Below, piece after piece: positions 1-6,708 of a stretch of 64,000 nt of DNA; the first letter of the stretch is position 1, and each line of letters opens with the position of its first letter. Under the pieces are notes generated by a model. The model ran no database searches. It had not been told where the DNA came from and saw nothing but the letters and a program-made list of their open reading frames with translations. The position numbers were made by a program, and so were the translations under genes. The stretch lies in the IMG/VR virus record IMGVR_UViG_3300028888_000044, positions 259,539 to 323,538 of that record, one strand, 5' to 3'. This DNA comes from a virus (lineage: Duplodnaviria; Heunggongvirae; Uroviricota; Caudoviricetes).

Positions 1-2
1 TT

Positions 3-164
3 ACTGTCGGGCCTTTTGAAAGGGCTTTGTCTCTTAAAGAGGTAAATATACTGATGGTGGTATATAAGGCTCACGGATGGATACTAAATATCAGAAACCC
101 AAAGTGGGATGACGGACGTGTATCATATACTGTTTGTATGTTTACTGAAAAAAGTATTTCATAA
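3..164 (+). CDS. 3' end of hypothetical protein (runs off window start)
   Basis: Open frame TVGPFERALSLKEVNIL...EKSIS* ending TAA 162-164; weakly resembles the next ORF (both have a GW motif). Confidence 0.55.
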   Translation, partial: TVGPFERALSLKEVNILMVVYKAHGWILNIRNPKWDDGRVSYTVCMFTEKSIS

Positions 165-167
165 GGT

Positions 168-464
168 ATGTATAATGACAAATCAAATACACCATTAGTG
201 TGTTCAAACATTATATCACAAATATTCAAGACTATTGAAAGCAAAAAGATTAATCTTGAAAAACATTGTTATATTTTTTCTGTTACTGTTTCTGCACCAA
301 CTAACTTAAAGTATGATGCTATTGCAATATCAGCCATAGAAAGAACCTTTAAGCCATATGGATGGAACTGTAAATTAAGACTTTATAAGGAGTTTAACGA
401 TAAGATAGGATATTTGTTCAGATTTGAGAAATCAAAAAGTTTGACTAGTGATTTACCTTTTTAA
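168..464 (+). CDS. hypothetical protein
   Basis: 98-aa ORF from track, directly follows upstream ORF. Confidence 0.65.
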   Translation: MYNDKSNTPLVCSNIISQIFKTIESKKINLEKHCYIFSVTVSAPTNLKYDAIAISAIERTFKPYGWNCKLRLYKEFNDKIGYLFRFEKSKSLTSDLPF

Positions 465-483
465 CAACTTTTAACGTAAAAAA

Positions 484-515
484 TTTGTATTTGTCATTTT
501 TTATGTATATCTTTG
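484..515 (+). promoter_or_regulatory. Bacteroidota sigma-A type promoter (-33 TTTG, -7 TAnnTTTG)
   Basis: TTTG 484-487 and TATCTTTG 508-515, 20-nt spacer, upstream of tRNA-Gly. Confidence 0.7.
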
Positions 516-548
516 CAGTATGAAAAATAAAAAAAATTGCAATAACAT

Positions 549-626
549 GCGGTATTAGTGTAGTTGGAGGCGCATATCTGATTTCCAATCAGAAGGCTTG
601 CACGAGTTCGATTCTCGTATACCGCT
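549..626 (+). tRNA. tRNA-Gly(TCC)
   Basis: Acceptor GCGGTAT/ATACCGC; anticodon arm TCTGA-TTTCCAA-TCAGA; T loop TTCGATT. Confidence 0.9.
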
Positions 627-667
627 CACCAAAAAAAAACTAATATTAATTTAAACTAATTTAAAAA

Positions 668-823
668 ATGAAGAAGATTTTATTTGTCGCACTTCTCGTT
701 CTTGCACCAATTTTCGCTTCTTGCGGAAACAAGGCTGCAAATGAGGAAGCAACAGCAACCGAGGCTGATAGTGTCCTCGTTGACACAACAGCAACAGCCG
801 TTGACACTCTTGTTGCAGAGTAA
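668..823 (+). CDS. small Bacteroidota-type lipoprotein (51 aa, not in ORF track)
   Basis: MKKILFVALLVLAPIFASCGNKAANEEATATEADSVLVDTTATAVDTLVAE*; signal peptide with lipobox FASC then acidic/Thr-rich tail. Confidence 0.8.
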   Translation: MKKILFVALLVLAPIFASCGNKAANEEATATEADSVLVDTTATAVDTLVAE

Positions 824-828
824 TAGAC

Positions 829-902
829 GGAGCTGTAGCCCAATTGGAAGAGGCACGTGATTTAGGGTCATGAGAGTATGGGTTCGAATCCCTTCAGCTC
901 TA
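829..902 (+). tRNA. tRNA-Leu(TAG), short variable loop
   Basis: GGAGCTG/CAGCTCT; CGTGA-TTTAGGG-TCATG; variable loop AGAGT; TTCGAAT. Confidence 0.85.
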
Positions 903-908
903 CTACAC

Positions 909-982
909 GGTGCTATAGCCCAATTGGAAGAGGCAGCAGCCTAAGAAGCTGTTCAGTGTTGGTTCGAATCCGACTAGCACTA
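909..982 (+). tRNA. tRNA-Leu(AAG), A34, short variable loop
   Basis: GGTGCTA/TAGCACT; GCAGC-CTAAGAA-GCTGT; variable loop TCAGT. Confidence 0.85.
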
Positions 983-988
983 CAAATG

Positions 989-1102
989 ACAGATTCCATT
1001 GGCTTGTACTAATAATGTTAATGGTAGAATGGAGTATTTACCTACGTTTCAGTTCATTTAACAGTACATACGATGGCGAGGCTTCATAAGCATAGAATCT
1101 GT
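989..1102 (+). ncRNA. candidate structured RNA between tRNAs
   Basis: Nested helices ACAGATTC/GAATCTGT, CCAT/ATGG, TGTACT/AGTACA, TGTTAA/TTAACA. Confidence 0.45.
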
Positions 1103-1112
1103 TTTTTGAAAT

Positions 1113-1196
1113 GGAGAAGTGGCGGAACTGGTAGACGCGAAAGACTCAAAATCTTTTGGTCGAAAGACCGTGTGGGTTCGAGTCCCACCTTCTCTA
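1113..1196 (+). tRNA. tRNA-Leu(CAA)
   Basis: GGAGAAG/CTTCTCT; AAAGA-CTCAAAA-TCTTT; long variable arm GGTC-GAAA-GACC. Confidence 0.92.
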
Positions 1197-1202
1197 CAAT
1201 AT

Positions 1203-1279
1203 CGGGGTGTGGCTCAGTAGGTTAGAGCGCGTGCTTTGGGAGCATGAGGTCGCAAGTTCGAATCTTGCTACCCCGACCA
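1203..1279 (+). tRNA. tRNA-Pro(TGG)
   Basis: CGGGGTG/TACCCCG; CGTGC-TTTGGGA-GCATG; encoded CCA. Confidence 0.93.
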
Positions 1280-1303
1280 TAAATAACTATTTGAACAATA
1301 AAC

Positions 1304-1391
1304 GCTGGGTTCGACTAGTGGCTTAGGTCACAACACTTTCAATGTTGTACAGAACACAATTCTGTCAGGGGTTCGAATCCCCTACCCAGTA
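1304..1391 (+). tRNA. tRNA-Glu(TTC) with long variable arm
   Basis: GCTGGGT/ACCCAGT; CAACA-CTTTCAA-TGTTG; extra arm ACAGAA-CACAA-TTCTGT. Confidence 0.85.
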
Positions 1392-1404
1392 CAGAACGGT
1401 ATAT

Positions 1405-1478
1405 GCCTCTGTAGCTCAGTTGAATAGAGCAAAAGATTTCTAATCTTTCGGTCTTGGGTTTGAATCCCAACGGAGGTA
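1405..1478 (+). tRNA. tRNA-Arg(TCT)
   Basis: GCCTCTG/CGGAGGT; AAAGA-TTTCTAA-TCTTT. Confidence 0.9.
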
Positions 1479-1481
1479 CAA

Positions 1482-1850
1482 TGTGTATTCGAATATTGAG
1501 CCGAATGTTCTTTAGGCTAAAACGAGTGACATTAGTACAGATAGTTTAAATGGAAATAAAACCACTCGTAAGACACCTAAGTTGAAATTGATATATAAGT
1601 AGTCCTAATTAGAAGGAAAATACTAATCTAAATCTCTTAGTATTCATAGTGCTTATGTTTCTTGCAAGAATTTCAATATGGTGCTAATGGACTATAGACT
1701 ACAACAAATAAGCATAGGGTAATGTTGTAAGCGCATGCTATTGTGATTATAGAGGTGTAGTTCAAATCTACAAACCTTACATAAGTCTTGTTTGGTTATG
1801 GTAACATAGTGTGGTAAGCTAAGCATTCGGTCTCACATTCGAATCCACTA
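1482..1850 (+). ncRNA. candidate large multi-stem ncRNA (~370 nt)
   Basis: Ends pair over ~22 bp (CCGAATG/CATTCGG, TGAG/CTCA, ATTCGAAT/ATTCGAAT, GTG/CAC); internal helices; T-loop-like GTAG-TTCAAAT-CTAC; no ORF >=60 aa in track. Confidence 0.6.
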
Positions 1851-1871
1851 GGAAGTACAATTAAATGGATT

Positions 1872-1949
1872 GAGGAAACTTACAGCAAAAGTTAATATTT
1901 GTAATTATCAGCCTTTTAAGCCGACAGAAAACAAAACCAACAGTTTCCT
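1872..1949 (+). ncRNA. GGAAAC-NN-ACAGCAA...AACAGTTTCCT motif RNA, copy 1 (contains Lys-like anticodon stem-loop)
   Basis: GAGGAAAC/GTTTCCT closing helix; TCAGC-CTTTTAA-GCCGA at 1908-1924. Confidence 0.6.
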
Positions 1950-2028
1950 TTTTTTATTTAAACAACAAGCTATGAGATAACAATTATAAACATCTAAAAA
2001 GACGTACTCAATGTGCGCCATAAACTTT

Positions 2029-2118
2029 GAGGAAACGTACAGCAAATTCTTTTTAAAGATTAATAGAATTAAAGCAGCATTTATCGGTCAGTTTCTTTTT
2101 TTATTTTAACCGTTTCCT
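2029..2118 (+). ncRNA. GGAAAC-NN-ACAGCAA...AACCGTTTCCT motif RNA, copy 2
   Basis: Same 5' and 3' conserved blocks as copy 1; internal AATTCT/AGAATT hairpin. Confidence 0.55.
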
Positions 2119-2129
2119 TTTTTTTGGAT

Positions 2130-2203
<74 letters not shown>

Positions 2204-2312
2204 CAGCTTTATCAATTACCACTAAACCAAAAAAAATATTAAAAAAAAATAATATTTTTTGCGAGTTTTTGATTTTAACTAATATTTAATAATATAAAAA
2301 AATAAAAAGACA

Positions 2313-2444
2313 ATGAGAACTTCAGTTAATAAACGTAATAATGTATCATCTTGGCACATGACTAATACAATTAGTTATGCATATGATTGTGCGTTTATTA
2401 ACCAAGTTGGCAGTATTGGGTGTATTACACCTAGAGAAGTATAG
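2313..2444 (+). CDS. short ORF, possible leader peptide (43 aa)
   Basis: MRTSVNKRNNVSSWHMTNTISYAYDCAFINQVGSIGCITPREV* after an A-rich leader, followed by a terminator. Confidence 0.4.
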   Translation: MRTSVNKRNNVSSWHMTNTISYAYDCAFINQVGSIGCITPREV

Positions 2445-2504
2445 AATGATGTTATCGTAATGAAAATACGAATTGAGACACTCATTTAACTCTATATATT
2501 CCCC

Positions 2505-2546
2505 AAAGACTGCTGACAATACTAGTTTTCAGTGGTCTTTTTTTTT
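2505..2546 (+). terminator. rho-independent terminator
   Basis: AAAGACTGCTGA/TCAGTGGTCTTT stem then poly-T. Confidence 0.7.
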
Positions 2547-2554
2547 GTATCTAT

Positions 2555-2628
2555 ACGAGTGTATTTTTAATTGGTAGATAGAGACACTCCAAATGTCTTC
2601 GATGTGGGTTCGAATCCTACCACTCGTG
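2555..2628 (+). tRNA. tRNA-Trp(CCA), weak D-stem
   Basis: ACGAGTG/CACTCGT; AGACA-CTCCAAA-TGTCT; D-stem TTTT/GATA is poor. Confidence 0.7.
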
Positions 2629-2676
2629 CTTAAAAAAAATTAACATATTTTATTTTGTTAAATCAAAAAAAAGTTA

Positions 2677-2684
2677 TATATTTG
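2677..2684 (+). promoter_or_regulatory. -7 promoter element TAnnTTTG
   Basis: TATATTTG 28 nt upstream of ORF 2712. Confidence 0.55.
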
Positions 2685-2711
2685 TAGTAACAACAATAAA
2701 CATATCGTATT

Positions 2712-3179
2712 ATGGGTAATAACGAAATAAAACGAAAACGCATTCCATCTGTAGGAGAATTACTACATTTTTGGGATGATGGCAAATCAAGCCCTAGTCG
2801 GCATTATATTTGCAAAGTTGAACGTATTGTACCAATATCACAAGCTGACAGCATTCAATTCGATGTAACCGATTATGATACTGATAAACCAACAAAAAGA
2901 AGTCTTCGTGACATTTGGGTTTCAGAAAAAAAAAGCTGTGATTGGTTATATGCTTATAAAACAGATGTTTTCATAGAAGCATCTTGCCCAAAGTATGACG
3001 AACATAACCTTTGGTTTGCGAGAACAAAGGATGGTGGATTTTTCAGTATGGACATTCAAAACTCATGGCAGAGTGGACGTTTGGATGTCGATGGTGAGAA
3101 GTTTAAAGAAATGGTTTCATTTTGGGAAGATGAAAACAACTATGAGTTAGTGGAAGCATACAAAAACTGCAAATATTAA
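2712..3179 (+). CDS. hypothetical protein
   Basis: 155-aa ORF with promoter and AT-rich leader. Confidence 0.8.
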   Translation: MGNNEIKRKRIPSVGELLHFWDDGKSSPSRHYICKVERIVPISQADSIQFDVTDYDTDKPTKRSLRDIWVSEKKSCDWLYAYKTDVFIEASCPKYDEHNLWFARTKDGGFFSMDIQNSWQSGRLDVDGEKFKEMVSFWEDENNYELVEAYKNCKY

Positions 3180-3187
3180 ACAAGACT

Positions 3188-3394
3188 ATGGGTAGAATTA
3201 AAAAGGTAGTCGAACACATTCTTAAAGAAGAATCGTTGTCTGATGGAATGAAGGAGTTCAACGTCAAAGTCATTGAGCCAAATGGTAGTAGTTGGATTGG
3301 TTATGCCAAAGCAAGAACAGCAGAGGCAGCAATCAACAAGATGAAAGAAGCTTATGGCACTAGTGCCAATGAAAAAAGCTATATCATCGTCTAA
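3188..3394 (+). CDS. hypothetical protein
   Basis: 68-aa ORF; N-terminal IKKVVEHILKEES. Confidence 0.7.
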   Translation: MGRIKKVVEHILKEESLSDGMKEFNVKVIEPNGSSWIGYAKARTAEAAINKMKEAYGTSANEKSYIIV

Positions 3395-3396
3395 TT

Positions 3397-3470
3397 CTAC
3401 CCATAGCTTAGTCAGGTAAAGCATCGCACTTTTAATGCGAGGACCGTGGGTTCAAATCCCACTGGGTAGA
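3397..3470 (+). tRNA. tRNA-Lys(TTT)
   Basis: CTACCCA/TGGGTAG; TCGCA-CTTTTAA-TGCGA. Confidence 0.92.
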
Positions 3471-3477
3471 CAATATT

Positions 3478-3550
3478 GACTCCGTAGCTCAATTGGTAGA
3501 GCAACTGACTCTTAATCAGTGGGTTATGGGTTCGAGTCCCATCGGGGTCA
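3478..3550 (+). tRNA. tRNA-Lys(CTT)
   Basis: GACTCCG/CGGGGTC; ACTGA-CTCTTAA-TCAGT. Confidence 0.93.
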
Positions 3551-3567
3551 CAAAATTATTTATCGTT

Positions 3568-3984
3568 ATGGATAAGTATGATATAAACAGAAATTTGTTA
3601 GTTAGAGCATATATGAATGGCCAATTAACAAAGGATGAATATAGAAAACTATTAAAGGAATCAAACCATCCAAAACGTTGGAAACCTTTTGAAAGTGTTG
3701 ATGACATTCCAGAAATACCAATATATCCAACAGATGAATATATCAATGAGGTTATACCTAATATAGTCAGATGTGGAGGAATACCAAAAAGCAATTTGCA
3801 AGATGGTATAACATATATAGGTAGCTGTAGGAACAGCAGTGAAGGAACTTGGGATGCAGCTAATAACGAATTTAGAATCAAACGATACAAGTGGGGTATG
3901 TGGCAAGATGACACTGTTCAACACTTCGAGGATGGTGCTTTTAATGATAATGATGTGTTTGTACCAATCAAGGAAAAAGAATAG
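3568..3984 (+). CDS. hypothetical protein
   Basis: Track ORF 3493..3984 with start moved to ATG 3568, downstream of tRNA-Lys. Confidence 0.75.
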   Translation: MDKYDINRNLLVRAYMNGQLTKDEYRKLLKESNHPKRWKPFESVDDIPEIPIYPTDEYINEVIPNIVRCGGIPKSNLQDGITYIGSCRNSSEGTWDAANNEFRIKRYKWGMWQDDTVQHFEDGAFNDNDVFVPIKEKE

Positions 3985-3988
3985 AAAT

Positions 3989-4085
3989 GGGAAGGTAACG
4001 TCGGCAGACTGTAAATCTGCTCTGCTTTAACAAATTGGCGTATTGGACTTGCAGTAGGGGGGTTCGAGTCCCTCCCTTCCCACCA
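3989..4085 (+). tRNA. atypical tRNA-Tyr(GTA): no D-arm, very long variable arm, encoded CCA
   Basis: GGGAAGG/CCTTCCC-A-CCA; 8-nt connector TAACGTCG; GCAGA-CTGTAAA-TCTGC; ~37-nt variable region; GGGGG-TTCGAGT-CCCTC. Confidence 0.7.
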
Positions 4086-4088
4086 TTT

Positions 4089-4280
4089 GAGGAAACAGAC
4101 AGCAATTTTGTTTTAAAATTTTTGAGTTGTTGGTTCGAGTCCAACTTGGCAATACATAATTCATCAACACGTGGTATATACTTTTCGTGACAAAATAGAT
4201 GCGCTAGCAGTGGAAGTCTGTAAATTTTGTGTTACCAATAGCGCCAATAGGTAGAGCAAAAAACGTGCAAACAGTTTCCT
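4089..4280 (+). ncRNA. motif copy 3 enclosing a circularly permuted tRNA-like element
   Basis: 3' half (TTTTT-GAGTT-GTTGG-TTCGAGT-CCAAC-TTGGCAAT-ACA, 4119-4156) precedes 5' half (GTTACCAA-TA-GCGC-CAATAGGTA-GAGC-A-AAAAA, 4231-4263). Confidence 0.6.
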
Positions 4281-4286
4281 TTATTT

Positions 4287-4359
4287 ATCGCTTTAGTTCA
4301 ATGGTTAGAACGTCTGTTTCATGAGCAGAATGTTATTGGTTCGAGTCCGATAGGCGGTA
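4287..4359 (+). tRNA. tRNA with CAT anticodon (Met or Ile2)
   Basis: ATCGCTT/AGGCGGT; TCTGT-TTCATGA-GCAGA. Confidence 0.8.
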
Positions 4360-4388
4360 CAGTATTAATCATAAAAAATAGTTTCGTT

Positions 4389-5027
4389 ATGGATAAGACA
4401 TATAAAATAGCCATTGTAGTCGATATGCAGCACGATTTCTATGCTGAAGACGGTACATTGAAAGTTGAGGGTGGACAGAAAGCGGTTGAAAATGCCGTTA
4501 AAAGGCTTAAGGACACTGATTATGATGTTATATGCTTTACAGCAGATTTCCATCCTTGCAATCATTCTTCTTTTGTGGAGAATGGAGGAACTTGGCCAAA
4601 GCATTGTGTCGCATATACACGAGGTTCTAACATTTCTATGGATTTGCTTGAAGCAGCATATTCCAACCCAAGTGTTAAGCTTGTTGAAGTTTTTGAAAAG
4701 GGAAAAGAATCAGACGAGGAAGAATATTCATTCTTGGATAATAGAGCAAACAAAATAAATTGGATGTTAAACTGTTTTACAAACAGATTCAAATGGGGTG
4801 ACTATTACTTCAAACAGACTAGTGATGAGAAATTTTATTTTAAATACCCTATGGAAATTGATGTGATGGGTATTGCTGGTGATGTTTGCGTATTAAACAC
4901 CCTCAAAGACTTGATTAGTTTAGGAATGGGCAAGTATCTTGCTGTGGTTGAAGACTGTGTTGCTTCACTTGATGATGGCAGTACATTGAGGAACTTCTGC
5001 ACTGAAAATAATATTAAAATGATTTGA
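4389..5027 (+). CDS. pncA: nicotinamidase / isochorismatase-family cysteine hydrolase
   Basis: IVVDMQHDFY, DFHPCNHSSF, WPKHCV, GIAGDVCV motifs typical of PncA. Confidence 0.88.
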   Translation: MDKTYKIAIVVDMQHDFYAEDGTLKVEGGQKAVENAVKRLKDTDYDVICFTADFHPCNHSSFVENGGTWPKHCVAYTRGSNISMDLLEAAYSNPSVKLVEVFEKGKESDEEEYSFLDNRANKINWMLNCFTNRFKWGDYYFKQTSDEKFYFKYPMEIDVMGIAGDVCVLNTLKDLISLGMGKYLAVVEDCVASLDDGSTLRNFCTENNIKMI

Positions 5028-5030
5028 CAA

Positions 5031-5198
5031 ATGGTGGACGAATGTCATTATTGCTATCAATGCCAAAAATTTGTTGGACCAGTTGAAGAAGAAGAATGGG
5101 ATGAAAGTGGCACTGAAGGAATGTGCCCAGAAGAAAGTGTTTATACAGATGCTTTTGATGAGGCTTGTGACAAATTTGTTCCTTTTGTTTTTAACTAA
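5031..5198 (+). CDS. small Cys-rich acidic protein (55 aa, not in track)
   Basis: MVDECHYCYQCQKFVGPVEEEEWDESGTEGMCPEES...ACDKFVPFVFN*. Confidence 0.55.
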   Translation: MVDECHYCYQCQKFVGPVEEEEWDESGTEGMCPEESVYTDAFDEACDKFVPFVFN

Positions 5199-5303
5199 TT
5201 ACTATGGTAGTACAAGATATTAAACCGTTAGTAAAGGTACAGCCAAGTTGGAGTCTGTTTTGTCTGAGTGAAAATGGTTCGTTGACCAAGATTAAGTAAA
5301 AAA

Positions 5304-5630
5304 ATGGAACACTTGAAGTTTATCATCGATAAAAACCCAAATACTTCATTTGTTGTTTGGATGAAAAATGCAAGAGAATGCAAGATGGTTTATCAGACAC
5401 TTAAGGATTTGGGTTATGAATGCACTATACCAATTAAGCCTTTGGAGGTTATGTGGGGCAATATGTGCAAGGCATCTAATTATCAGTTTGGTGTTAGGAT
5501 TAGGCCATATGCCAAAGATTGTGCTTTCAATGAATCATTATCACATTGGGCAGAATATTCTTATGCAATTCTTCATTTCGTAAAAGAAGATAGGTTGGAT
5601 TTTATAAATTTGTATAATTTTGATTTTTAA
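5304..5630 (+). CDS. hypothetical protein
   Basis: 108-aa ORF. Confidence 0.7.
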   Translation: MEHLKFIIDKNPNTSFVVWMKNARECKMVYQTLKDLGYECTIPIKPLEVMWGNMCKASNYQFGVRIRPYAKDCAFNESLSHWAEYSYAILHFVKEDRLDFINLYNFDF

Positions 5631-5632
5631 TT

Positions 5633-6031
5633 ATGATTAATTTATCTGAATTTGAATTTGTTGAAAAACATTTCGGAGGTCATAAATATCGTTTGAGCTT
5701 GCGTAAAATTGATAGCGATGAAGAAGTTGGTTTTGTGATTGTTGACTTGCAAGGGGATTTTAATAGATTCGGTGAGTATTGCATTGGGAAAAAGCTTGCA
5801 CATATTATACGTCTTGAAACATCCTATTCATACACAAAGCAAGGCATAGCTCACGCTGTTTTGGACAGACTTTTCAACAAATACAAAGATTGGAACTTTT
5901 CATTATTCGTATATCCAACATATCGAGGCGAAAACGACTTTAATATGAATGACCTAAGAAAATGGTATAAGCAATTTGGATTTGTTAAAACCAAAGAACT
6001 TATATATACAATGGTCAGAAAACCAAAATAA
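5633..6031 (+). CDS. GNAT-family acetyltransferase
   Basis: Motif A-like YTKQGIAHAVL and C-terminal LRKWYKQFGF. Confidence 0.7.
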   Translation: MINLSEFEFVEKHFGGHKYRLSLRKIDSDEEVGFVIVDLQGDFNRFGEYCIGKKLAHIIRLETSYSYTKQGIAHAVLDRLFNKYKDWNFSLFVYPTYRGENDFNMNDLRKWYKQFGFVKTKELIYTMVRKPK

Positions 6032-6034
6032 ATG

Positions 6035-6606
6035 TTTGGCTGTTGAAACTGTATAACAACTTGCCGACAAGATAACAGCGTACCACTCATTGCGTAACAT
6101 ATAGAGCTTGTCGGGAAATTAATGAGGAAGGATGTTGCTATACAATTGCAATAGTTTCAACAACCAAATGTTTTAAAATCTTCCAAAATCTCAAATGTCT
6201 GTGACTTGACTATGAGAGCGAAACAAGTAGTTTAATGAACGAACACTAATGAAGCTTAATGTATGCACAACGTTAAGTGGATTTTGAAGGGCGTGGGTTA
6301 GACCCCCACCTTGCAATCGTGTGAGGATTAAAGGAAGAGTACTGTATGAGAGATTACCAATTCATAGAGACTAATAAGAGAATTTAGGTTCGAATCCTTT
6401 GAAATAAGTTAACGAGGTAGACTCCTTATGAAGACTATGAAAGGTTACTTGCAAGAATTTCTAACAGTATAAATACCTCAAATAAGAGTGTTGTAGATTG
6501 TAGTACACAAAGCATTGTTGGTATGATGCGGCTTCGAGAGGGTGCAATGAAGGTTCGAGTCCTCATGTGATTCTACTACACTTGCAAGAGTCTACAACAC
6601 CTTATT
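6035..6606 (+). ncRNA. ~570-nt structured non-coding region (one large or several RNAs)
   Basis: Closed domains 6035-6168, 6322-6480 and 6481-6606; T-loop-like hairpins at 6386-6398 and 6551-6563; no ORF in track. Confidence 0.55.
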
Positions 6607-6614
6607 TAATACAT

Positions 6615-6688
6615 GCCGTGATGGCAGAGGTGGTCAATTGCGCTGGACTGAAAATCCAGAGATATTGGTTCGATTCCAATTCGCGGCA
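6615..6688 (+). tRNA. tRNA-Phe(GAA)
   Basis: GCCGTGA/TCGCGGC; CTGGA-CTGAAAA-TCCAG. Confidence 0.92.
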
Positions 6689-6708
6689 CTATTTCAAATA
6701 AAAATGTT

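Noticed and set aside
661-871. Minus-strand ORFs 661-843 and 680-871
   Set aside because: Antisense to the lipoprotein ORF 668-823 and tRNA-Leu.
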